Shown piece by piece: positions 14,429 through 22,403 of a stretch of 24,000 nucleotides of DNA. Origin of the DNA: Acidimicrobiia bacterium (GTDB lineage Bacteria; Actinomycetota; Acidimicrobiia; Acidimicrobiales; JANYDT01); NCBI GenBank assembly GCA_043718695.1, contig JAYSVF010000080.1, forward strand, positions 1-24,000, written 5' to 3'. The translations under genes and the position numbers were made by a program. The notes beneath the pieces are model-generated. The model was not told the origin of the DNA. It saw only the letters and a list, made by a program, of their open reading frames with translations, and did no database searches. How positions within the stretch are numbered: position 1 is the first letter of the stretch; every line of letters starts with the position of its first letter.

Positions 14429-14884
14429 ATGCTAAGGAAGATCGTTACTGGCGCACTTGTCTGCGTCGCAATCAGCCTGAGCGGAGCAGGTTCTGCCTCC
14501 GCCGCCGGTAAAGGTGCCACAGTCGACACGTACCCCGGCGAGTGGACGGTCATATCGGAGAACTGTAATCAATTGCCCGAAGGCCTCAATGTGTCTGGTT
14601 CCGGGACATTCAAGGATACCTTCTTGCCCAGCGGTGGCGTTGAGTCGCAGGGCCGAGGTACGGCCACGGACAGCGCCGGCAACACGTATGTTTGGCACTA
14701 CGCCAGCCACTCCACGGCCCAGACCGGTGGCTTCATTGACCACTTCAACCTTTCAGGGTCCGGGCCAGCGGCGTATGTGACTGCGTTCCAGGCCGTGGCC
14801 ACAGCCACTACCTTCGAACCCGTTTGGGTGCACGGCGACCCGTTCGATTTTGTGAACGGGACCGGTCGCTGCGACCCATTGTGA
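14429..14884 (+). CDS. Small secreted protein of unknown function (151 aa from ATG 14429; alternative ATG at 14423)
   Basis: The GGAGG core ends 7 nt before 14429. Sec signal MLRKIVTGALVCVAISLSGAGSASAA. The mature part is Gly/Ser/Thr/His-rich with two Cys. No family recognised. Confidence 0.7.
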   Translation: MLRKIVTGALVCVAISLSGAGSASAAGKGATVDTYPGEWTVISENCNQLPEGLNVSGSGTFKDTFLPSGGVESQGRGTATDSAGNTYVWHYASHSTAQTGGFIDHFNLSGSGPAAYVTAFQAVATATTFEPVWVHGDPFDFVNGTGRCDPL

Positions 14885-14888
14885 CAAG

Positions 14889-15521
14889 GTGACTACGAAA
14901 CTTCGGGTCGGCTTTCACTCGCTGGCCCGCAGTTTTGGTCAATCAGCCGGATTCGCGCGGCTGTACTGGGGAGTTATCGTCGTCCAAGGCGTTCACCTCT
15001 TCGAGCATGTCGTGCAACTCTTCCAGGTGTACGCGCTCGGAGTGCCCGACGACGATGCTTTCGGCCTGCTTGGGCTATTTTTCAAGTTCAATGGGACTGA
15101 GGAGTGGCTTCATCTCGTTTTCAACCTGACCTACCTGGCGTCGCTCGCTGTGCTCTTCGTTGGTGTCCTCGGGCTGTTTTACGATCGACTGTTATCGGGC
15201 GCGGTCATGATGGGCTTTGCCGTGTGGGGCCTGGGACTGGAGACCTGGCATGGAGTTGAGCATGCAGTCATCATCCGCAATGTGTTGCGCAACGGTGGGT
15301 GCCCGTGCCCGGGCATCGGCGACGTCGCTCTGGGGGTGACCGATACGCAGCTGCACTTCGTTTACAACGTTCTCGCTTACGCCGGCACAATCATTCCGTT
15401 CGTAGCCCTGTGGCGCGCCCACCGGATTCCACTTTTCGGTCGGTGGGAGCGTCGTCGCTTGAGTGCTCTCTCTCAACGCGCTGAATCACCTCTGATCGCC
15501 GGACAAACTGTTCACGGCTGA
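14889..15521 (+). CDS. Polytopic membrane protein of unknown function with conserved-looking His/Glu and CPCPG motifs
   Basis: GTG start 4 nt after the previous stop. About 4-5 hydrophobic segments. Motifs GVHLFEHVVQ, ETWHGVEHAVI and GGCPCPG. Confidence 0.6.
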   Translation: MTTKLRVGFHSLARSFGQSAGFARLYWGVIVVQGVHLFEHVVQLFQVYALGVPDDDAFGLLGLFFKFNGTEEWLHLVFNLTYLASLAVLFVGVLGLFYDRLLSGAVMMGFAVWGLGLETWHGVEHAVIIRNVLRNGGCPCPGIGDVALGVTDTQLHFVYNVLAYAGTIIPFVALWRAHRIPLFGRWERRRLSALSQRAESPLIAGQTVHG

Positions 15522-15548
15522 ATCCGCAAACTCACGAACAACCGCAGC

Positions 15549-15570
15549 GACCGACGGTCAGCCGTTGGTT
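15549..15570. terminator. Candidate bidirectional terminator hairpin between convergent genes (GACCGACGG-TCAG-CCGTTGGTT, two G-U)
   Basis: Read directly from the sequence, in the 52-nt gap between convergent stops at 15521 and 15574. No clear U-tract. Confidence 0.3.
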
Positions 15571-15573
15571 CCC

Positions 15574-17766
15574 CTACACCTCAACGAGGAGCTTGACCCT
15601 GACCGCGATACCAGTCATGTGGGCTTGGCTTGAGAGCGGCTCGAAGCTGCCGGGGCCGGTTGGAAGCAGCGCGTTGGGATTTGAGCCGGGGTTCGCCGCA
15701 GCGACGCGAAGCCGTGGACTAGCGCGGTGGCCCCAACCATGCACCATCGATACAACGCCTTCCATAAGATCATCATCGATCTCGAGAACCGATTCGATTT
15801 CACCGTGCGCACTGGCAACGGTCACCAGCGATCCATCCACCAAACCTTGACGATTGGCATCCTTCGTGCACATACAAAGTGGGTTCATAGTCCGGCCATG
15901 GCGTTTCATGCGCTCCACGTTGGCAAACCAAGAGTTATGCATCCAAGCATCACGCTTATGGATCAGCAACAGTTCACCCTCGCCACGTCGAGCAGCACCG
16001 GCCATCCCTTCGTCGAACAGCTCGTGACAGCGTTCCAAAGCTCCAGCGAAGGTAGGCGGACAACAATCGATCAGACCATCGGCGGTGTGCACCTGATCTT
16101 CGAAAAACGAACCTGGCAACGGCGGAGCTAGCTCCCGAGGCGCATGATCGGCTTGAAGATCCTCAAGTGACAGGCCGCTCCCCCGCTCCAGCATGTGCCG
16201 CCACTTCGACCACGGATCGGGTTGTTCTCCCTCAACCAGGCCATCAAACAAATTGGCCTTCCCCAACTTTTGCAAGAGTTGATGAGCAATCCACCATTCT
16301 GGACGTCGCTCGCCGCCAGGTTCCACTACCGCCGGCGTGTACTGAGCGAAGGGTCGAGCGCTGGTGCCGATGTTGACAATGTTGAGATCGTCACGCTCGT
16401 ACATGTCGGTCGCCGGGAGCATCACGTGGGCAAACTCGCTCGTTGCGCTTGGATAGATATCGATAACCACAAGCAGTTCGAGCTGCTCGAAGGCTTTACG
16501 CAGCCGATCCTCACCGGCAATGGAGAGCAGCGGATTGCCCGCAACCACAATCATCGCCCGAATCGGATCGGCACTGTCGAGAATGGACTGCGACATCATC
16601 GTGCCCGGCAACGACCCTCGACGGAGAAAACCAAACTCTGTATCGCCATAACCCTGCTCGGGAACCCCAGCACCGGCGCGAGCATTGGGATAGAAGCCAT
16701 CGCTTTTGAGATTCCCGCCAACTACATCGAGCCTGCCGGTCACAAACGAAAGCATGTGCACAAGCCAATACGCGAGCGTGCCCTGACGACCCATATTGAT
16801 ACCGGTCGACGCATGGACCGAGGCACGCGGGGTCACCACCCAAGCCGAAGCGAGTTCGCGAACCGTTTCGGCGGAAATTCCGGTAACTTCCGCAGTGCGG
16901 TCGGGTGGATACTTCGAAAGGTAGGCGCGCAGATCATCAATGCGACGACCATGGGAGGAAATAACTCTTGCGTCAAACCCACCCAACCGATCGATCTCGT
17001 GCAGCAGAGATGCCAAGAACCACACATCAGTATCAGGACGAATCAGCAACGTGTCACCAACTCCCTGCTCCGGAGTTTCGATGCGACGAGGATTTACAAA
17101 GACCAGTCGAGCGCCACGTCCAGCGGCCCGTTTCATTTCGCCGAGCACGTTGGGAATGGAATAAAACGAGGCCTGTGAAGCCCGCGGGTTCTCACCAATG
17201 ATGAGGCAAAGATCGGTGTTGGCAAGATCAGGAATGGGGTGAACGGTGCTCGAACCGAACACGGCCTCGCTGGCCACGAACTTGTTCGCACAATCCTGCG
17301 TTCCGGAAGAGAATGCCCGGCGGATTCCAAGTGTGCGAAGCAGCGTTCCTGTATGGAGTTGGCCAAGGGCGTTAAACGCAGTGGGGTTTCCTACATAAGC
17401 ACCAACAGCGTTGATTCCATACTTGGCAATGATGCCCTTAAGCTTCGTGGCGGTATGCGTAAGCGCCTCATCCCATCCCGCTTCGCTCCAGGTTCCATCT
17501 GGGGATCGCAGCATGGGGGTGCTCAGCCGGTCGGGGTCATGGTGCAGATCCACGGCGGCGAGACCCTTATGACAGGCAAATCCTTTGGTCACCGGATGCT
17601 CACGGTCGGGCACTAACTTCACGAGGCGCCCCTCTTCGACCTTGGCGATCAATCCGCAGCTCGGTTCACAGATACGACAAAACGTTCGGATCTCCTGGGA
17701 GTCTTGGGAGGGAGTCACTGTTGACTGTGCTCGTGACTGTGCTCGTGATTGTGCTGTTGATTCCAT
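15574..17766 (-). CDS. Molybdopterin-dependent oxidoreductase (DMSO-reductase/formate-dehydrogenase superfamily) with an N-terminal 4Fe-4S motif; no Tat signal
   Basis: CRICEPSCG...ACHKG is a C-x2-C-x3-C...C motif, followed by MopB-type domains over 730 aa. The substrate cannot be assigned from sequence. Confidence 0.85.
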   Translation of the reverse strand: MESTAQSRAQSRAQSTVTPSQDSQEIRTFCRICEPSCGLIAKVEEGRLVKLVPDREHPVTKGFACHKGLAAVDLHHDPDRLSTPMLRSPDGTWSEAGWDEALTHTATKLKGIIAKYGINAVGAYVGNPTAFNALGQLHTGTLLRTLGIRRAFSSGTQDCANKFVASEAVFGSSTVHPIPDLANTDLCLIIGENPRASQASFYSIPNVLGEMKRAAGRGARLVFVNPRRIETPEQGVGDTLLIRPDTDVWFLASLLHEIDRLGGFDARVISSHGRRIDDLRAYLSKYPPDRTAEVTGISAETVRELASAWVVTPRASVHASTGINMGRQGTLAYWLVHMLSFVTGRLDVVGGNLKSDGFYPNARAGAGVPEQGYGDTEFGFLRRGSLPGTMMSQSILDSADPIRAMIVVAGNPLLSIAGEDRLRKAFEQLELLVVIDIYPSATSEFAHVMLPATDMYERDDLNIVNIGTSARPFAQYTPAVVEPGGERRPEWWIAHQLLQKLGKANLFDGLVEGEQPDPWSKWRHMLERGSGLSLEDLQADHAPRELAPPLPGSFFEDQVHTADGLIDCCPPTFAGALERCHELFDEGMAGAARRGEGELLLIHKRDAWMHNSWFANVERMKRHGRTMNPLCMCTKDANRQGLVDGSLVTVASAHGEIESVLEIDDDLMEGVVSMVHGWGHRASPRLRVAAANPGSNPNALLPTGPGSFEPLSSQAHMTGIAVRVKLLVEV
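17722..17757 (-). repeat. Three tandem 12-bp units (TGACTGTGCTCG x2, TGATTGTGCTGT) encoding (AQSR/T)3 at the oxidoreductase N-terminus
   Basis: Read directly from the sequence. The repeat is in frame (4 codons per unit). Confidence 0.9.
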
Positions 17767-17981
17767 CGTTGAGTCTTTCGTTGTTCTTACTGAAGCTTCT
17801 AACCGTGCTCACTGGTCTGTCGAGGGAAGTGACGGTGGAGCGATTGGACCACGGTTCATGTGTCGCCTTGCGATCGTCATCTTCCATGGAAAGTCCTCGC
17901 AATACTCCTCAGTCGAGTCACCCAGTGCCGACAGTTAAATCAGACATGAGGAACTAAATCTATTTCGTCATGGAGCTGAAC

Positions 17982-19088
17982 CTAGCTTCGAGCGACCTGC
18001 CATGTCCCATTGGATCGCAACAGTTCCTGCAAATCTCCCGGCCCTTTGCGTGCCGAGGCCTGCAACAACTGCCCGGACATATCTGAACCGTAGTCACTTC
18101 GCTCGACTGATCGGAAAATACCGACGGGAGTTGGCGAATGCGTATCGTGCGATAGGCGGGCTAGCGCAAACGCTAAGGATGGATCTTCTCGATGGGCATC
18201 GTGCACGAGCAAGGAACTCTCGCCCACCTCTGCCACGGAGACTATTCGTAACTGCCCATCGGTTCCCATTACAACGCCACGCTCGCCATCGACGCCAAAT
18301 CGAATGGGTTGGCCATGTTCCAAATCCATCAACATGGCTGATCGATTGTCTTTGCCGGTAATCCCTTCGAACGCGCCATCGTTAAACACGTTGCAGTTTT
18401 GGAGAATTTCCACGAACGATGCACCCCGATGATTGTGGGCGGCACGAAACACCTTCATCATGTGTTTGCGATCCAAATCATGAGTACGCGCCACAAAACT
18501 TGCCTCGGCACCTAAAGCCACCGACAATGGATTGAAGGGATAGTCAAGCGATCCGAACGGAGTTGATTTGGTCACCTTGCCCTGTTCCGAAGTAGGCGAA
18601 TACTGGCCCTTTGTAAGCCCATAGATCTGGTTGTTGAACATCAGGATCGTGAGATTCACATTGCGGCGCAGGGCATGGATGAGATGGTTTCCGCCAATGG
18701 ATAGCCCGTCGCCATCACCGGTAATCACCCACACATCAAGATCAGGGCGGGCCAGGGCAATACCCGTCGCTACAGCTGGAGCCCTCCCGTGGATCGAATG
18801 GATACCGTAGGTGTTCATATAATATGGAAAGCGGCTGGAGCAACCGATACCCGAAACAAACACCACGTTCTCGGGCGCCACGCCCAACTCGGGCATCAAC
18901 ATTTGTACGGCCGTCAAGATGCCGTAGTCACCACACCCGGGACACCAGCGGACTTCTTGATCGCTCGTCCAATCCTTCTTCGACGTCAATGCAACCGGAT
19001 CAAACCCCGTCGGGCCGACTACGTCACCCGAACGGACGGTGCCTTTTTCCGACCGGCAAGCCGGATCGGTAACACCTGGATCACTCAT
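17982..19088 (-). CDS. korB: 2-oxoacid (2-oxoglutarate):ferredoxin oxidoreductase, beta (TPP-binding) subunit
   Basis: WCPGCGDYGIL, GIGCSSRFPYY and GDGDGLSIGGNH (TPP motif). ATGA overlap with the alpha subunit. Confidence 0.9.
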   Translation of the reverse strand: MSDPGVTDPACRSEKGTVRSGDVVGPTGFDPVALTSKKDWTSDQEVRWCPGCGDYGILTAVQMLMPELGVAPENVVFVSGIGCSSRFPYYMNTYGIHSIHGRAPAVATGIALARPDLDVWVITGDGDGLSIGGNHLIHALRRNVNLTILMFNNQIYGLTKGQYSPTSEQGKVTKSTPFGSLDYPFNPLSVALGAEASFVARTHDLDRKHMMKVFRAAHNHRGASFVEILQNCNVFNDGAFEGITGKDNRSAMLMDLEHGQPIRFGVDGERGVVMGTDGQLRIVSVAEVGESSLLVHDAHREDPSLAFALARLSHDTHSPTPVGIFRSVERSDYGSDMSGQLLQASARKGPGDLQELLRSNGTWQVARS

Positions 19089-20950
19089 GACAGTTCCCTT
19101 TCGATGACGGCTTGTAACTCAGCGGCGGTAAACGGAATTCCCTGAACTTTCGAAATAGCTTTTGCCGGCACCAGAAATTCTGATCTGACCACCCGACAGA
19201 GCTGACCAAGATTCATTTCAGGAACAATGATCTTTGGGTACCGTTGAAGCACCTCGCCAAGATTCGCGGGAAACGGATTGAGGTGCATGAGATGGACCCA
19301 TGCCACCTTGCGACCCGTTTGACGTACCTCGGCCACCGCGGCCTTAATCGCACCCCACGTTGAGCCCCAGCCGAGAACAAGCAATTCTGCGTCGGCATCA
19401 CCGGTTACCTCAACGAGCGGAATATCTTTGGCGATACCGGCGATTTTGTCTGCGCGCAGATGAACCATCTTTTCGTGGTTCTCGGGCGTGTAACTAATGT
19501 TGCCCGAACCATCTTCCTTTTCGATGCCGCCAACACGATGCATAAGTGCTGGCGTACCCGGAATAGCCCATGGTCTCGCCAGAGTTTCAGGATCACGCAG
19601 ATACGGCCAGAACTCCATCTCTCCATCTGCACGCATATGATTTAACTGCGTGGCAAACGGAACGGAGATATCGGGGAGTTGCGATACGTCGGGCAACTTC
19701 CATGGATGGGCGCCATTGGCTAGATAGCCATCGGACAACAAGATGACCGGTGTGCGGTACTTGAGGGCAATACGAGCCGCTTCGATCGCCGCTTCAAAGC
19801 AATGCGGTGGGTTGTAAGCCGCGACTACTGGTAGTGGAGCTTCTCCGTGACGGCCATAGAGGGCCATGAGAAGGTCGGCCGCTTCAGTCTTGGTTGGTAA
19901 CCCCGTTGAGGGCCCGCCGCGCTGCACGTCGATGATGAGCAGCGGCAATTCAAGACTCACCGCGAGACTCATCGTTTCGCCTTTGAGGGCAACACCAGGT
20001 CCACTTGTGGTGGTCACGCCAAGATGACCGGCAAAGGCCGCGCCGAGCGCACTGCCGATAGCGGCGATTTCATCCTCGGCCTGAAACGTTCTTACGCCAA
20101 AATTCTTGTGTTTCGAAAGCTCATGAAGAATGTCAGAAGCCGGGGTGATCGGATAGGAACCAAGAAACACCGGAAGTCGAGCGCATTGCCCAGCAGCTAC
20201 CAAACCCCAAGCCAAAGCGGTGTTCCCAGTGATATTGGTGTACTCCCCCGCTGGGAGCTTTGCTGGATCCACTTGAAACGGATGATCAAAAAGTTCCGTG
20301 GTTTCACCAAAGTTATAACCCGCGCTGAAGGCTGCTCGGTTCGACAAACGCACGAGCTCGTTCTTGGCGAACTTCTCATCAATCCATTCCATGGTCGAAT
20401 CAATCGGCCTTGAGTAACACCAGGAGATCAGCCCGAGAGCAAAGAAGTTCTTCGAACGATCGGCATCGCGCTGTTTGACGCCCAGGGGAAGAACAGCCGC
20501 AATGGTAAGCGACGTCATGGGAACCTCCACCACCCGGTACAACGCAAGGCTGTCATCAAGCAGAGGATTTTCGGTGAACCCCGCTTTCGTGAGGTTCCGC
20601 TCATCGAAGGTATCGGTGTTCACAATCACCACTCCGCCGGGAAGCAGGTGGTGTAGATCGGCTTTGAGCGCGGCAGGATTCATGGCGATCAGAACCGTTG
20701 GCGCGTCGCCGGGTGTGGAGATTTCGTGATCAGAAATCCGCACCTGAAAAGACGAAACCCCAGCCAAAGTTCCGGCTGGGGCACGAATTTCTGCTGGGTA
20801 CTCAGGAAATGTGGACAGGTCGTTTCCAAACAGTGCACTTACCGAGGTGAATCGATCCCCCGTGAGTTGCATCCCATCGCCAGAATCGCCGGCGAAGCGA
20901 ATGACGAGATCGGTGAGATGCTCTGCGGGTCTTGCTGCTGTATCGGTCAT
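19085..20950 (-). CDS. korA: 2-oxoacid (2-oxoglutarate):ferredoxin oxidoreductase, alpha subunit
   Basis: FAGDSGDGMQLTG, YPITPASDILH and TSGPGVALK motifs. 621 aa, the two-subunit actinobacterial KOR-type layout. GGAGGG SD upstream. Confidence 0.9.
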   Translation of the reverse strand: MTDTAARPAEHLTDLVIRFAGDSGDGMQLTGDRFTSVSALFGNDLSTFPEYPAEIRAPAGTLAGVSSFQVRISDHEISTPGDAPTVLIAMNPAALKADLHHLLPGGVVIVNTDTFDERNLTKAGFTENPLLDDSLALYRVVEVPMTSLTIAAVLPLGVKQRDADRSKNFFALGLISWCYSRPIDSTMEWIDEKFAKNELVRLSNRAAFSAGYNFGETTELFDHPFQVDPAKLPAGEYTNITGNTALAWGLVAAGQCARLPVFLGSYPITPASDILHELSKHKNFGVRTFQAEDEIAAIGSALGAAFAGHLGVTTTSGPGVALKGETMSLAVSLELPLLIIDVQRGGPSTGLPTKTEAADLLMALYGRHGEAPLPVVAAYNPPHCFEAAIEAARIALKYRTPVILLSDGYLANGAHPWKLPDVSQLPDISVPFATQLNHMRADGEMEFWPYLRDPETLARPWAIPGTPALMHRVGGIEKEDGSGNISYTPENHEKMVHLRADKIAGIAKDIPLVEVTGDADAELLVLGWGSTWGAIKAAVAEVRQTGRKVAWVHLMHLNPFPANLGEVLQRYPKIIVPEMNLGQLCRVVRSEFLVPAKAISKVQGIPFTAAELQAVIERELS

Positions 20951-21126
20951 GATCCCTCCGGGACACTCCTACGCTTGTGTTCGCAACCTACCCCTCTTAG
21001 CCGCACGATGTCGAGCAAATGCGAGAAATTCCATACGCGCTAGCCACGGAGCGGATGACAACTCCCTCGTCTTGCCTCTACCTAGCCAATGGGTGCAGAT
21101 GACGCACGCAGTCCGCAACTGGTTTT

Positions 21127-21231
21127 GGCAAACGATCTCGGCGATCGAATTACCGAACAGTGGTCCTTCAGTTCTTCTAGCGGCGGCTTTGTTTGCTGCG
21201 GGCAAACGAATCTCGTCGATCGAATTACCGA
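21127..21231. repeat. Two copies of a ~30-nt direct repeat (GGCAAACGA(A)TCTCG[G/T]CGATCGAATTACCGA) at 21127-21156 and 21201-21231
   Basis: Read directly from the sequence: one indel plus one mismatch. The second copy spans the TAA stop of the CMD-family gene and includes the 3' arm of a GTTTGC-N5-GCAAAC hairpin (21191-21207). The first copy lies in the korA upstream region. Confidence 0.85.
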
Positions 21232-21737
21232 GGAGTAGGTACAACCACGAGCGGCAAATTCTGTGGTTCCATTCCTAGCGTGATGATCTGTTTGGAGTAG
21301 CCGATGAAGGTGCCAATCGCATAGGTAATCTCGACGATCTCATCGGGCGCAAACAGCCTCTGGAGATCGGCGATCACCTGCGGTGGCGCATCGTGGCCAC
21401 CGGCGAGGACAACATCGGCCCACGCAAGAGCCGCCTTGGTGCGTTCCGGCAGAACAATACTCCCAGCGTGGTCAGCAATATCGGCGACGAGTTCTTCGGT
21501 AAGTCCAGCCTCACGGGCCAGATCAAATCGGACTTGTTGTCAAAGTCCGCAGCGGTTGACATTTGCGTTACGTAACCGCATCGCCTCTTTGATATCCATG
21601 CCAACCACCCCACGACCGAGAAGCGTTGCATACATATGATCGAAGGCCGCGGTCAACTCGGGGGTGTGAGCTCGTGCGGTTCCAATATGTGCAGAGCTTT
21701 CGGCGCTGGCCGATCCGACGCGAGGTGTTGTAGACAT
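21225..21737 (-). CDS. Carboxymuconolactone decarboxylase (CMD)/AhpD-family protein with an in-frame TGA at codon 66: candidate selenoprotein (C-G-L-U) or, alternatively, a nonsense pseudogene
   Basis: The ATG at 21737 is preceded by GAAGGA 8 nt upstream. The frame reads ...DIKEAMRLRNANVNRCGL-TGA(21542-21540)-QQVRFDLAREAGLTEELVADIADHAGSIVLPERTKAALAWADVVLAGGHDAPPQVIADLQRLFAPDEIVEITYAIGTFIGYSKQIITLGMEPQNLPLVVVPTPR-TAA(21227-21225). Total length is 170 codons against 169 for the upstream paralogue. The TGA sits at the second Cys of the family CxxC motif. Confidence 0.55.
21501..21535 (-). other. Candidate bacterial SECIS-like hairpin starting 4 nt after the in-frame UGA
   Basis: The mRNA reads UGA-CAAC-AAGUCC-GAUUUGAUCUGGCCCGUGAGGCU-GGACUU. 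Six Watson-Crick pairs (AAGUCC/GGACUU) are extendable through G-U and U-A pairs toward a GG-containing apical loop (CUGGCCC) about 21 nt from the UGA. Folded by eye only. Confidence 0.35.
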
Positions 21738-21741
21738 GGGC

Positions 21742-22251
21742 TCAATCCTTCTTTGCACTCGTTGGACCCGATGGACCCGTTTGATCTGTTGGACCCGAAG
21801 GAACGGCCGTGCCGAGCGCGTTCTCAAATCGATGCTGGTTCTCCCACACGCCAAGCGCGGTAGTGAACGCCACGATCCCCGCTTCTCCGAGCAGGCGACG
21901 AACCGATTCCGCTTGCGCGTCGGTGATGGCGTGTTGATCGATCACGAACAGTTCCGCAAACTCGATACAGGCACGCTCCGATTCATCGAAAGATGGATCA
22001 CTTGGCCATTGCGATAGCTTCTCAATCTTGAGCTCAGTGAGTCCAGCGATACGCGGTGCTTCATATCGTTGCGCTAATGCCTGGGAACAACGAAGTATTT
22101 GCGCCATACGCAACCGACACAGTTCGAGCAGTGGAGCCGGCACGTCGGAGGCCCAAATGGCTTCGATCAGTTTCGCGTGTGCGTCGGCGAGGGGAGGCCG
22201 CAACGAAAGCAGATCGTTAGTTGTTGTCTCCGAACCTGTCAACCAACCCAT
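21742..22251 (-). CDS. CMD/AhpD-family protein (169 aa from ATG 22251; start uncertain), with a single Cys (C-S-Q-A) at the redox motif
   Basis: LLELCRLRMAQILRCSQALAQRY...LSQWPSDPSFDESERACIEFAELF matches the CMD family layout. The upstream TTG extension to 22329 lacks support. The stop lies 4 nt before the next gene's ATG. Confidence 0.75.
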   Translation of the reverse strand: MGWLTGSETTTNDLLSLRPPLADAHAKLIEAIWASDVPAPLLELCRLRMAQILRCSQALAQRYEAPRIAGLTELKIEKLSQWPSDPSFDESERACIEFAELFVIDQHAITDAQAESVRRLLGEAGIVAFTTALGVWENQHRFENALGTAVPSGPTDQTGPSGPTSAKKD

Positions 22252-22403
22252 CCGTTGACCGTATCCCGAGCATGCGGTTCTTACACAATTCCCAAGTGTT
22301 TTTACGGACACCAGCCGACTGGTGAACAAATGCGACGGGATTGCTCATTTCGCTCTGTTTTCGCAGTTCGTGACTTGCCTAGGTCACATTGTTCACGAGT
22401 CTC

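Noticed and set aside
16195-17178. 327-aa plus-strand ORF
   Set aside because: Antisense to the molybdopterin oxidoreductase, whose frame has clear Fe-S and MopB motifs.
17666-17902. 78-aa minus-strand ORF in the korB/oxidoreductase gap, with a GAGGA 6 nt before an internal ATG
   Set aside because: Its 3' half overlaps the oxidoreductase N-terminus out of frame. It has low-complexity Ser/Thr content and no homology recognised. A uORF cannot be fully excluded.
20811-21278. 155-aa plus-strand and 91-aa minus-strand (20969-21244) ORFs between korA and the CMD gene
   Set aside because: The plus ORF is antisense to the korA start region. The minus ORF starts at TTG, is rich in AGA/AGG/CTA codons that the neighbouring real genes appear to use little, and its internal repeat (GNSI[D/A]EI) is just the translation of the 30-nt DNA direct repeat.
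21540-21854. Upstream extension of the CMD/Sec-candidate ORF (start at 21854)
   Set aside because: The extension overlaps the upstream CMD gene out of frame and is Arg-rich. The ATG at 21737 has a GAAGGA SD at proper spacing.
22252-22329. TTG-initiated N-terminal extension of the first CMD gene
   Set aside because: No SD, and it contains a CACCAG-N4-CTGGTG hairpin more consistent with a 5' leader. The ATG at 22251 gives a length equal to its paralogue. The start remains uncertain.
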